64,000 nucleotides of DNA. Source: Deferribacterales bacterium. GTDB taxonomy: Bacteria > Chrysiogenota > Deferribacteres > Deferribacterales > Geovibrionaceae. How positions within the stretch are numbered: the first letter of the stretch is position 1; every line of letters begins with the position of its first letter. Position numbers and translations under genes: made by a program. The notes under the pieces are model-generated. The model was not told where the DNA came from. It worked only from the letters and a program-made list of their open reading frames with translations, and did no database searches. The stretch spans positions 14,143-78,142 of the forward strand of contig JBFWJG010000003.1 of the NCBI GenBank assembly GCA_050253335.1. The letters run 5' to 3'. Positions 26,598-36,288 of this stretch are shown one piece after another.

Positions 26598-27782
26598 ATG
26601 AACAACGTAAACTGCGCCGATGAACGCAGAATGACAAGCATATTTGAAAAATACCTTACCCTCTGGGTCGCTCTCTGCATAATCGGCGGCATAGCCCTCG
26701 GGAAGATCGCCCCGAATCTGGCAAAAACTCTGGACGGGATGTCGATCAATGTTAACGGCACTCCGGTGGTGTCACTGCCTATCGCTGTCTGCCTTTTCTT
26801 CATGATGTATCCCATAATGGTTAAGATAGACTTTGAAAAGGTAGTCAGAGCGGGCAGAAGCGGCAGACCGGTGTTTCTCACCCTTTTCATAAACTGGTGC
26901 GTCAAACCCTTCACAATGTACGCAATAGCCCTTGTGTTTCTCGGCTTTCTGTTCAGGGGGTTCATAGGTGCTGAGGCGGTGGATCTGGTTAAAATGCCAT
27001 TCGGGCTTGATCTTCCAGTGGGAAGTGTTCACGGCGCGGGCACTGTGGTTCTTGCTGACGGAGTAAAAATGCTTGAGATACCCCTCTGGCGGAGCTATTT
27101 CGCGGGGTGCATCCTTCTGGGCATCGCCCCCTGCACGGCTATGGTTCTGGTGTGGGGATACCTTTCAAGGGGAAATGACGGGCTCACTCTTGTGATGGTG
27201 GCGATAAATTCTCTCACAATGCTTGTGCTTTACGGAGTTCTCGGCGGGTTCCTCCTCGGCGTGGGCAAGCTTCCCGTTCCGTGGCAGGCGCTTCTGCTTT
27301 CAGTCGGTGTTTATGTGGCACTGCCTCTTGTCGCCGGCTATTTCTCCAGAAAGCTTATAATCAGCGCAAAAGGCGAGGAATGGTTCAGGGAAAAGTTTCT
27401 ACACCTGCTCACTCCTGTAACAATAGGCGCACTTCTTCTCACCCTTGTTCTGCTTTTCAGCTTCAAGGGGGAGGTAATACTCGCCAACCCTCTGACGATT
27501 CTGTGGATTTCGGTTCCGCTGTTCATTCAGACAGTTTTTATCTTCGCCATTGGCTACGCCGGAGCGAAGATACTCAGGCTTAAATATGAAGATGCGGCTC
27601 CGGCCGCGATGATAGGCGCATCAAACCATTTCGAGGTTGCAATCGCCACTGCGGTGATGCTGTTCGGGCTCTCTTCCGGCGCGGCTCTTGCCACTGTTGT
27701 CGGGGTGCTTATCGAGGTTCCGGTTATGCTTATGCTGGTCGGCATATGCAAACGGACTGAAAAATGGTTTGAAACAGCCTGA
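26598..27782 (+). CDS. acr3: Arsenite efflux transporter Acr3
   Basis: [35 protein letters not shown]. Confidence 0.95.
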   Translation: MNNVNCADERRMTSIFEKYLTLWVALCIIGGIALGKIAPNLAKTLDGMSINVNGTPVVSLPIAVCLFFMMYPIMVKIDFEKVVRAGRSGRPVFLTLFINWCVKPFTMYAIALVFLGFLFRGFIGAEAVDLVKMPFGLDLPVGSVHGAGTVVLADGVKMLEIPLWRSYFAGCILLGIAPCTAMVLVWGYLSRGNDGLTLVMVAINSLTMLVLYGVLGGFLLGVGKLPVPWQALLLSVGVYVALPLVAGYFSRKLIISAKGEEWFREKFLHLLTPVTIGALLLTLVLLFSFKGEVILANPLTILWISVPLFIQTVFIFAIGYAGAKILRLKYEDAAPAAMIGASNHFEVAIATAVMLFGLSSGAALATVVGVLIEVPVMLMLVGICKRTEKWFETA

Positions 27783-28119
27783 CAACATCCTCTGCCCCGC
27801 ATTCTGCGGGGCGTTTTATATATCATCCGTCAGTCCGCTCAGCTTACGGAATATTATTTCTTCATCGGTTCATCCGCAATCCGCTTATATATAAAACACG
27901 GTTTTTCCAGTTTTAAAAACAGCTCAGATTTTTATTATGAAATTAAAGCAGTTTTTGACAGAAAAAATGAATGGTTCGTCATTATAAATTGTCATAATAA
28001 TCACTATAGCAGAAATAAAACACGATACCACGGAGGCAGGCGGCTGAGATAAATAAACCTGTTGAAATTACAGGGAAAAAAGCACTAAATTTGATTGTGA
28101 CTAATAACCGGGGTGACTG

Positions 28120-28968
28120 ATGAGTAAAATCTTAGATAAAAAACTGCTCTCAAGGGATGTGGTGCGGATGAAGCTTCATGCACCGGAAATAGCCGCCGAA
28201 AGACAGGCGGGACAGTTCATAATAGTGCAGGCCGATTCCGATTTCAGTGAGCGCATTCCCCTCACCATAGCTGACGCTGATGCGGAAGAAGGAAGCATTA
28301 CCATAATATTTCAGATTGTCGGCAAGTCCACTCTCAAGCTTGCTCAGAAAAATGCCGGAGACCATGTCGAAAACCTGCTGGGGCCTCTGGGCAAGCCGAC
28401 GCACATAGAAAAGGTCGGCACGGTTGTCTGTGTCGGCGGGGGAATAGGCGTTGCGCCGCTCCACCCCATTGCTCAGGCGATGAAAAAAGCGGGGAACAGA
28501 GTGATCACCATTATCGGCGCGCGGAACAAAGAACTGCTCATCCTTGAAGACGAGATGCGCGCCATAGCCGATGAATTCATAGTCTGTACTGATGACGGCT
28601 CATACGGCCGCAAGTGTCTTGTGACCCAGCCTCTCAGAGAGATATGCGAAAAAGGCGGCGTTGACCTTGCCGTGGCCATAGGCCCTGCGGTCATGATGAA
28701 ATTCTGCGCCGAGACCACCCGCCCCTTCGGCGTGCTCACATACGCATCCCTCAACACAATCATGGTGGACGGCACAGGCATGTGCGGCGGATGCAGGGTA
28801 ACTGTCGGCAATGAAACCAAGTTCGTCTGTGTTGACGGGCCCGAATTCGACGCCCATCTGGTGGACTTTGACAACATGATGCTGCGTCTGCGCTCCTACA
28901 AACCGCAGGAACAGGACGCAAACCACGAATGCCGCCTTCAGACCGCCATAGATGAACTTTCGAGGTGA
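28120..28968 (+). CDS. nfnA: NADH-dependent reduced ferredoxin:NADP oxidoreductase small subunit (NfnA/SudB family)
   Basis: GQFII..ERIPLTIAD, GGGIG, MVDGTGMCGGCRV..CVDGPEF. Confidence 0.88.
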   Translation: MSKILDKKLLSRDVVRMKLHAPEIAAERQAGQFIIVQADSDFSERIPLTIADADAEEGSITIIFQIVGKSTLKLAQKNAGDHVENLLGPLGKPTHIEKVGTVVCVGGGIGVAPLHPIAQAMKKAGNRVITIIGARNKELLILEDEMRAIADEFIVCTDDGSYGRKCLVTQPLREICEKGGVDLAVAIGPAVMMKFCAETTRPFGVLTYASLNTIMVDGTGMCGGCRVTVGNETKFVCVDGPEFDAHLVDFDNMMLRLRSYKPQEQDANHECRLQTAIDELSR

Positions 28969-28971
28969 CAT

Positions 28972-30459
28972 ATGTCATACATTCCCGCTGACACTTTAAG
29001 AAAAGAAGCTGAAAAACTCGTAAATGAAATAGATTTCCCGAACCTTAAACCCAAGGACAGGCTGAAAATCCCCATGCAGGAGATGCCCGCTCAGGAGCCG
29101 AAAGCCCGCGCGAAGAACATTCAGGAAGTGGCAATAGGCTATTTTGAGGAGCAGGTAAAGCTTGAGGCGGAGCGCTGTCTGCAATGCAGAAACGCCCCCT
29201 GCATAAAAGGCTGCCCTGTTGCGATAGATATTCCCGGCTTTATCAAAGCGGCGGCGGAAGGGGACTATCAGAAATCGGTAAACATTATAAAACAGTCCAG
29301 TATGCTCCCCGCCATATGCGGAAGGGTCTGCCCTCAGGAAACACAGTGCATGGCGGAATGCACCGTGGGAAAATCCCTGAAAGATATGGACAAATCAGTC
29401 GCCATCGGCCGTATTGAGCGCTTCGTGGCGGACTGGGAAAGGGCAAAGGGAAAAATGTCCGTACCTGAAATTGCCCCGTCCACCGGAAAAAAGGTAGGTA
29501 TAGTCGGCTCCGGACCCGCAGGGCTGACTGCGGCGGCGGACGTTCGCAAGGCAGGGCACGAAGTGGTGCTTTTTGAGGCCTTCCACAAGCTGGGCGGCGT
29601 TATGATATACGGCATACCAGAGTTCCGTCTGCCGAAGGAAATACTTGATAAAGAGATAGATAACCTTCTCTCCATGGGTGTCCGGATCAAAAAGAACTTC
29701 CTTGTGGGCAGAACAAGAAAGGTTAAGGATTTAATAGAGAAAGACGGCTTTGATGCCCTTTTCATCGGAACAGGCGCAGGCCTGCCCAATTTTATGAACA
29801 TAGAGGGTGAAAACCTTGTGGGTGTTTCCTCCGCGAACGAGTTTCTCACAAGGGCAAACCTTATGAAGGCATACAGCCCCGATAAGGCGGACACGCCCAT
29901 CTTCACCGGAAAAAGAACAGCGGTCATAGGCGGCGGCAACGTGGCTATGGACGCAGCCAGAATGGCTCTGCGTGTGGGTGCGGAAGAGGTTTACGTAATC
30001 TACAGACGTACCGAAAAAGAGATGCCCGCCCGCCGTGAGGAGGTCGCCCACGCCAAGGAAGAAGGGATAATATTCAACTTTCTTTCAAACCCCGTCCGCA
30101 TCATCGGCGATGAAACAGGGAAGGTAAAAGCCGTTGAGTGCCTGAGATATGAACTTGGCGAGCCGGATGATTCCGGAAGAAGAAAACCTGTCGCTGTCAA
30201 GGGAAGCGAATTCATCCTTGAGATGGATTCCGTGATAATGGCTCTCGGCAACTCATCCAACCCGCTTATAAGCCAGACCGCGCCGGAGATAGGGGTGAAC
30301 AGGTGGGGCAACATCACTGTGGATGAAGACGGCAAAACCTCCATGGAGAGGGTTTACGCAGGCGGGGACATAGTTCTCGGCGCGGCTACTGTCATCCTTG
30401 CCATGGGCGAAGGGAGACGCGCCGCCGCCTCAATAAACAGGCTTCTTGCAGAAAAATAG
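28972..30459 (+). CDS. nfnB: Nfn large subunit (NfnB/SudA, GltD-like)
   Basis: RCLQC...CIKGCPV, CGRVCPQETQC, GSGPAG, GGGNVAMD, GAATVILAMG. Confidence 0.88.
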   Translation: MSYIPADTLRKEAEKLVNEIDFPNLKPKDRLKIPMQEMPAQEPKARAKNIQEVAIGYFEEQVKLEAERCLQCRNAPCIKGCPVAIDIPGFIKAAAEGDYQKSVNIIKQSSMLPAICGRVCPQETQCMAECTVGKSLKDMDKSVAIGRIERFVADWERAKGKMSVPEIAPSTGKKVGIVGSGPAGLTAAADVRKAGHEVVLFEAFHKLGGVMIYGIPEFRLPKEILDKEIDNLLSMGVRIKKNFLVGRTRKVKDLIEKDGFDALFIGTGAGLPNFMNIEGENLVGVSSANEFLTRANLMKAYSPDKADTPIFTGKRTAVIGGGNVAMDAARMALRVGAEEVYVIYRRTEKEMPARREEVAHAKEEGIIFNFLSNPVRIIGDETGKVKAVECLRYELGEPDDSGRRKPVAVKGSEFILEMDSVIMALGNSSNPLISQTAPEIGVNRWGNITVDEDGKTSMERVYAGGDIVLGAATVILAMGEGRRAAASINRLLAEK

Positions 30460-30592
30460 TTCTCAGTTCCCCTGCCGCTATATTTTAGGCGGGGGACTTT
30501 TTCTGTTTCTCATGTACAATTAGTTACAATTTGTTTCTCCACAGCAACCTCATTTTTTACTTTATAATTATATTGGGTTTCAGGAGGAAGCT

Positions 30593-30679
30593 ATGAAGCC
30601 CGGTGATATTCTCTTGTTTGTTACAACAGTTATTTTCATAGCGGTTATGACTGTTGCACTGATTTCAGTCTTTTATTGA
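30593..30679 (+). CDS. Unannotated 28-aa single-TM peptide
   Basis: AGGAGG RBS; MKPGDILLFVTTVIFIAVMTVALISVFY*; 10 bp before the response regulator start. Confidence 0.6.
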   Translation: MKPGDILLFVTTVIFIAVMTVALISVFY

Positions 30680-30689
30680 GAGGAACTGT

Positions 30690-31394
30690 ATGCAGACAAA
30701 ATTAATGATTATAGATGACGACCTCAAGCTGATTAAAATGCTCAATAAATATCTCTCTGAATATTCGTTTATCATTGATTCATTCGATAATCCTGAAACT
30801 GCTCTTGAAAAGTTTCAGGAATGCTCCCCGAATCTCGTAATTCTGGATATAATGATGCCTAAAATAAACGGTTTTGAGCTTTGCAAGCGCATAAGAAAAT
30901 TCTCTAATGTCCCCATAATAATGCTGAGCGCGCGTAGAGAGGTGGAGGACAGGATAGTCGGGCTTGAAATAGGCGCTGATGATTATCTGCCCAAGCCATT
31001 TGAACCCAGAGAGCTGGTGGCGAGGATTCAGGCGGTGATAAAACGAAGAGAACCGATGCCAGCAGGAGAAAGAAAAACCCCGCAGTACAGCTTCGGAAGA
31101 CTCATCGTTGAGCCGTCTAAATATACCGCAACGCTTGACGGCGTCAGACTGGATCTTACAACAAGCGAATTCGGTGTTTTGTATCTTTTTGTCAGAAATC
31201 CCTTCGTCACGCTGGACAGAGATAAAATACTCAACGAACTCAAAGGAATAGACTGTGACGCCTTTAACCGCACAGTGGATGTAACGGTGAGTCGCCTCCG
31301 AAATAAACTCAAAGATGATCCTAAAGAACCTCAATATATAAAAACAGTATGGGGAACGGGCTACATGTTCATAGGAACAAACAACCATGATTAA
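30690..31394 (+). CDS. OmpR/CpxR-family response regulator
   Basis: LDIMMP, GADDYLPKPF, winged helix RTVDVTVSRLRNKL, KTVWGTGY. Confidence 0.95.
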   Translation: MQTKLMIIDDDLKLIKMLNKYLSEYSFIIDSFDNPETALEKFQECSPNLVILDIMMPKINGFELCKRIRKFSNVPIIMLSARREVEDRIVGLEIGADDYLPKPFEPRELVARIQAVIKRREPMPAGERKTPQYSFGRLIVEPSKYTATLDGVRLDLTTSEFGVLYLFVRNPFVTLDRDKILNELKGIDCDAFNRTVDVTVSRLRNKLKDDPKEPQYIKTVWGTGYMFIGTNNHD

Positions 31395-32682
31395 AAAGCT
31401 TCTCAGTTCAGTTTTTACCAAGCTTTTGTTCATTGTTATCTGCTCTGCTGTGTTGCTTAATATAATTCTATTCGGAATCTTCACCCATTATGTGGAAAAC
31501 TCGGAAACGAGCCTCAACAGACACAGAGTTATTTATATCCGGTTTCTTCGTGATGAAATAGGTTATCCGCCTGACATGAAGAAGGCAGAAGCTTTGTCCG
31601 CAAAAACAGGAGTAACAGTGATCTACTCATCATTGAAGGAAAGCTGGATAACAGGAAGAACAGAAGGAAGATTCCCTGAGAATAAACTGCACTACAGAAA
31701 AATCGATGAAAACCTCACCCTAGGGACACTTCACGGGTATCATTCCGCTGAAATTACAGAAGGCGATTCGAGTATTAAGTTTAGATTCTGGCCAATGACC
31801 GGAGAGATGGAGCGCCTCAGAATGTACGGGTGGTTCATGATCGGAGCAGTCTCGCTGCTTATGGGAGCAGTATACATGCTTATAAGGCATACCCTAAACC
31901 CCATCAACTCTCTCTCCGCAGCAATAGCAGAGGTTAAGAAGGAAAACTATGACTATAAAATAAACAGGTGCGGCAGCGATGAGTTGGCACACCTCTGCAA
32001 TATGTTTGACTCCCTGACATCTGAAATTTCCCGCTCAATCAAATATAAAAATAAACTGCTTACAGGCATAAGCCACGAATTGCGCACTCCTCTGACAAGC
32101 CTACGCATCGCCGCTGAAATGGTTAAGGATGAATTCCTGCGTAAAGACATGACTGACGATATAAAACAGATGGACACACTGATAGATTATCTCATGGAAG
32201 GAGCGAGAATAAAGTACGGGGCACTAAAGAAGAAGTATACTGATATTAATAAACTGACCGGTGAAATATGTAATCCATATAAAGAAAAAAACGGAAGAGT
32301 TGTTTTTGTTCCGCACCCTTATCCCATTGAACTGAACGTTGACACGAAAGCTGTTGAGCACGCCGTCAGAAACCTTATAGACAACGCTCTAAAATATTCT
32401 GAAGAAAACTGCGAGCCTGTTACGGTGGAAAGCGGAGTAATGAACGGGTTCACCTTTATAAAAGTCACAGATAAAGGAATAGGCATACCTGAAGATGAAC
32501 TTAAATTCATAACCGAACCCTTTTACAGAACAGACATCTCCAGAAACAAAAAAACAGGAGGCTACGGTATCGGGCTTGACATATGCAAACAGATAGCCGA
32601 GGCACACGGCGGAAAGCTTGAGATCAAGAGCGTCCTGTATAAAGAAACAGAGGCCTGCCTTTATTTTCCGGTCGAACAGTAA
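31387..32682 (+). CDS. Sensor histidine kinase (HAMP-HisKA-HATPase)
   Basis: SHELRTPL, NLIDNALKY, GYGIGL. Confidence 0.93.
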   Translation: MIKKLLSSVFTKLLFIVICSAVLLNIILFGIFTHYVENSETSLNRHRVIYIRFLRDEIGYPPDMKKAEALSAKTGVTVIYSSLKESWITGRTEGRFPENKLHYRKIDENLTLGTLHGYHSAEITEGDSSIKFRFWPMTGEMERLRMYGWFMIGAVSLLMGAVYMLIRHTLNPINSLSAAIAEVKKENYDYKINRCGSDELAHLCNMFDSLTSEISRSIKYKNKLLTGISHELRTPLTSLRIAAEMVKDEFLRKDMTDDIKQMDTLIDYLMEGARIKYGALKKKYTDINKLTGEICNPYKEKNGRVVFVPHPYPIELNVDTKAVEHAVRNLIDNALKYSEENCEPVTVESGVMNGFTFIKVTDKGIGIPEDELKFITEPFYRTDISRNKKTGGYGIGLDICKQIAEAHGGKLEIKSVLYKETEACLYFPVEQ

Positions 32683-32773
32683 GAAAATACACTTTGTTAC
32701 AAATCTAGATAAATCTGAAAAGCATTCCTCAACCTGAATCATTATTGTAATAAAAACAGAGAGGAGGCCGATT

Positions 32774-33133
32774 ATGGATAAAGAAAAAGTTATAGAGGCA
32801 TTTAAGCTTACATGGGAAGAGTACCCCAGTCCTGTTATGCTTCTGAGCAGAAAGCACGATATACTGGCTCTGAATAAGGCCGGCGAGCAGAACGGAATAC
32901 CGACAGGAATAAAATGCCACAGTCTGGGAGATTCATCTTCTCATGCAAAATACTGCAAAGCAGCAGCAGCTCTCAAATCACGAAAGGCAGTGAGACACGT
33001 TTGTTATATTGAAGAAAGAGGAATTGTTTATGACGGCTTCTGGCTCCCTGTAGGGGAAGATTTCCTAATCCATTTCGGCAATGACATAACTGAATACGCC
33101 AAAGAAGAGATGTTAACAAAACCAGCCGAATAA
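32774..33133 (+). CDS. Small PAS-like hypothetical protein
   Basis: 119 aa, GGAGG RBS, 'ILALNKA...GIKC...C.A' PAS-like pattern. Confidence 0.6.
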   Translation: MDKEKVIEAFKLTWEEYPSPVMLLSRKHDILALNKAGEQNGIPTGIKCHSLGDSSSHAKYCKAAAALKSRKAVRHVCYIEERGIVYDGFWLPVGEDFLIHFGNDITEYAKEEMLTKPAE

Positions 33134-33419
33134 ACTTAAAAAGCCGCTCCGGCAAGAACCGGAGCTGCTTCATGTATTCTTTAAGCGGCGGCAACCTGTG
33201 CCGTGCATCATCTCCTTTCAAAGTTTTTTTGAACGGCGCCGCCGCTTATGAGCAGGTTATAATTAAAGTATAAGGCATAGTCCTGAGTCCGCAACTCAAA
33301 GTTCGCAATATCCGCAAAAAATTATCTACTGAGATACAAACTCATTGATGAAACAATATAAAAAAACCCGCCTTTTCAGGCGGGCTGTGTGTTTTTTCAA
33401 TATATTGCCCTGATCAGCG

Positions 33420-34358
33420 TTACTGGATGTTTGCAGTGAGGTCGGTCTCCCCGATGATGAATTTCATGGGGTTAACCTGAACGCCGTTAACCAGAACTTC
33501 GTAATGAAGGTGAGGGCCGGTGCTTCTGCCTGTGTTGCCCACTTCGGCTATCACCTGCCCTTTCTCAACGTTATCGCCTTCTTTAAGGAAAAGCTTGTTG
33601 CAGTGGGCATATCTGGTAACGTAGCCGAAGCCGTGGTCTATTGTGATCACGTTGCCGTAGCCCGCTTTTCTTCCGGAGAAGATAACAACGCCCTTGGCTG
33701 CCGATCTGATGGGGGTACCAACTTTGTTTGCGATATCAAGCCCTTCGTGGAAAACCCGTCTTCCCGTAAAGGGGGATATGCGGTAGCCGAAGCTGCTTGA
33801 GATCCAGCCTTTTGTGGGCCATATGGAGGGTGTGGAGCTCATTATCAGCCTGTGCTCCTCAAGGAAGTCGGAAAGCTCCGAAAGGCTCGCCGCCCTCTTT
33901 TCAAGCTCAAGGCCGAGGGTAACAAGGTTTTCGTTAAGTTCCTCAAAGAACTCCTTTTCCTTCCTCTCGCTCACTGCTGAGAGATCCTGAATAATGTCGA
34001 CTTCTTTACCGCCGATGGCAAGCTGTTTCTGAGGAACAGGGCCGTTGGCATAGGTGGCAAGATTTCGAACTTTGTATTCCAGCTCGTCAACACTGGCGAT
34101 CTTTTTCTCGATCTCCTCAAGCTGCATTGCGTAGCCTTCTATTTTTTCTTTAAGCTTTTCATTTTCCCGCTTGAAAACCAGCATATCGTGACGCTCGGAG
34201 TAAAGGCTGGTTAAAAAGAAAAAACCGGTAAATGAAACAACAGCGTAAAGCCCCACAAGCATTATAACCAGTTTTATCGCAGAGAGGCTCAGCTTCTTGG
34301 TCTTAACATCACCCAAACGGGATTCGTCAAATATCATAATGGTATAGCGTTTCTTCAT
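33420..34358 (-). CDS. M23 family metallopeptidase
   Basis: HEGLD, YAHC, GRSTGPHLHYEV; N-terminal TM and coiled coil. Confidence 0.92.
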   Translation of the reverse strand: MKKRYTIMIFDESRLGDVKTKKLSLSAIKLVIMLVGLYAVVSFTGFFFLTSLYSERHDMLVFKRENEKLKEKIEGYAMQLEEIEKKIASVDELEYKVRNLATYANGPVPQKQLAIGGKEVDIIQDLSAVSERKEKEFFEELNENLVTLGLELEKRAASLSELSDFLEEHRLIMSSTPSIWPTKGWISSSFGYRISPFTGRRVFHEGLDIANKVGTPIRSAAKGVVIFSGRKAGYGNVITIDHGFGYVTRYAHCNKLFLKEGDNVEKGQVIAEVGNTGRSTGPHLHYEVLVNGVQVNPMKFIIGETDLTANIQ

Positions 34359-34438
34359 CTTACCTCCGAACGCATAAGAGAGAATCAATCCATGTTTGTT
34401 TTACATAATAAATTTCTCTTTAGCAAGAATAACCTTTG

Positions 34439-36148
34439 TCAGCGCAGGTTTTCGAGAATCTCCATTACTGTTGAAATGCAGTCTTCCTTTTTAACAACAA
34501 CAGTTTCCCCCGTTCTGCGCACAGTTACCTCAACATTCCCTTCAGCCAGAGACTTTTTGCCGATCGCAACACGGACGGGATAGCCCACAAGCTCGGCATC
34601 GGTGAATTTAACACCCGCCCTTTCGTCCCTGTCGTCATACATGACATCAAGGCCGAGGCCTGAAAGCTCTTTATAAATAGTGTCCGAAAGATCCGCCACT
34701 GCCTGCTCATTGGGGTTGAGGGAAACTATAACAACCTCAAATGGGGCAAGCTGAACAGGCCAGATAATCCCTTTTTCATCGTGGTTCTGCTCTATGGCGG
34801 CGGCGACAACCCTTGTCACCCCTATTCCGTAGCAGCCCATGATCATCGGGTTTCTTTTGCCTTCTTTGTCAAGATACACTGCGTTCATGCTTTCGGAATA
34901 TTTCGTTCCGAGTTTGAAGATGTGCCCCACCTCGATTCCTCTGGTGAGAACATACTTTCCGCCGTCAACAGGGCAGATGTCCCCTTCGATGGCGTTTCTG
35001 AAATCGCCGAAGGTTTTGACCTCAAAGTCCCTGCTGAGGTTGGCGTTTATGATGTGCTGATCTTTTATGTTCGCACCCATGACAACGTTCTTCATGGCGC
35101 GCACGGCGTAATCGGCGTAGACTTCTATTTTAAGCCCTGCGGGGCCTATGAAGCCTGCGGGGGCTCCGCCTGTCTGCTCTGCTATGTCTTCATATGAGGC
35201 AAGCTCCGCCGAGGGAGCGCCGAAAAAGTTTTTGACCTTGGCAAGGTTGAGTTCGTGATCCCCTCTTACGAGGAAGCAGTAGAACCTGCCGTCAACATTG
35301 ACAACCATAGCCTTGAGAATCTTCATAACTGGAACACCGAGGAAAGCGGCAAGCTCCTCCACTGTTCTGGTGTTGGGGGTTTCCTTCTCCTCTGCGGGGA
35401 GTATATCCTCTTTCCACTCCTCCCAGTTATCCGCGCATATTGCCTTTTCAAGGTTGGCGGAATAGCCGCCTTTGTCACTGCTGATTACGCTGTCTTCGCC
35501 TGTGTCGGCGAGAACCATGAACTCGTGCGAATATGAACCGCCTATGGCGCCGGAATCGGCCTCGACCATGGTGTATCTCAAGCCGCAGTCGTCGAATATG
35601 CGGCGGTATGCGTCACGCATTTTGCCGTAGCTGACATTTGCGCCCGCGTCATCCACATCAAAGGAGTAAGCATCCTTCATTATGAACTCTCTGCCGCGCA
35701 TAAGGCCGAATCTGGGGCGGACTTCATCACGGAATTTTGTCTGAATCTGGTAGAGGTTTATGGGAAGCTGCTTGTATGAGGTGATGAAGCTTCTTACTAT
35801 ATCGGTAGTAACTTCCTCGTGGGTGGGGCCGAAGCAGAAGTTTCTGTCGTGCCTGTCCTTAATGCGGAGAAGCTCCTTGCCGTAATAGCTCCAGCGGCCT
35901 GATTCCTCCCACATTTCAGCGGGCTGGACAGCAGGCATGAGAATCTCTATAGCGCCTGAGGAGTCCATATTTTTTCTTATTATATTTTCAGCCTTGCGGA
36001 TAGCCTTGAGTCCGAGGGGGAGGTAATCGTAAATCCCTGAAGCGAGTTTTTTGATCATCCCTGCCCTGAGCATTGCCTTATGGCTTACTACTTCCGCCTC
36101 TGCGGGTATTTCTCTGAGCGTGGGGATAAAGTATTTGGTTAATCTCAT
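34439..36148 (-). CDS. proS: Proline--tRNA ligase
   Basis: GPTHEE, FRDEVRPRFGLMRGREF, GIEVGHIFKLG, MGCYGIG. Confidence 0.97.
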   Translation of the reverse strand: MRLTKYFIPTLREIPAEAEVVSHKAMLRAGMIKKLASGIYDYLPLGLKAIRKAENIIRKNMDSSGAIEILMPAVQPAEMWEESGRWSYYGKELLRIKDRHDRNFCFGPTHEEVTTDIVRSFITSYKQLPINLYQIQTKFRDEVRPRFGLMRGREFIMKDAYSFDVDDAGANVSYGKMRDAYRRIFDDCGLRYTMVEADSGAIGGSYSHEFMVLADTGEDSVISSDKGGYSANLEKAICADNWEEWKEDILPAEEKETPNTRTVEELAAFLGVPVMKILKAMVVNVDGRFYCFLVRGDHELNLAKVKNFFGAPSAELASYEDIAEQTGGAPAGFIGPAGLKIEVYADYAVRAMKNVVMGANIKDQHIINANLSRDFEVKTFGDFRNAIEGDICPVDGGKYVLTRGIEVGHIFKLGTKYSESMNAVYLDKEGKRNPMIMGCYGIGVTRVVAAAIEQNHDEKGIIWPVQLAPFEVVIVSLNPNEQAVADLSDTIYKELSGLGLDVMYDDRDERAGVKFTDAELVGYPVRVAIGKKSLAEGNVEVTVRRTGETVVVKKEDCISTVMEILENLR

Positions 36149-36288
36149 GCCGCCTCCGAAAATGATGGTTGAATATCCGAAAAAGGTTACAATTATTCGG
36201 TACATAAATCAACGGGTAGTTTTACCATAATTTCTTTGATCTGCCCATCCCGTTGGGCTATAGTGAATAACGCGCGGCGGGGGAATTT

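Noticed and set aside
28972..30459. Glutamate synthase small subunit
   Set aside because: Paired with an NfnA/SudB gene, and no gltB nearby.
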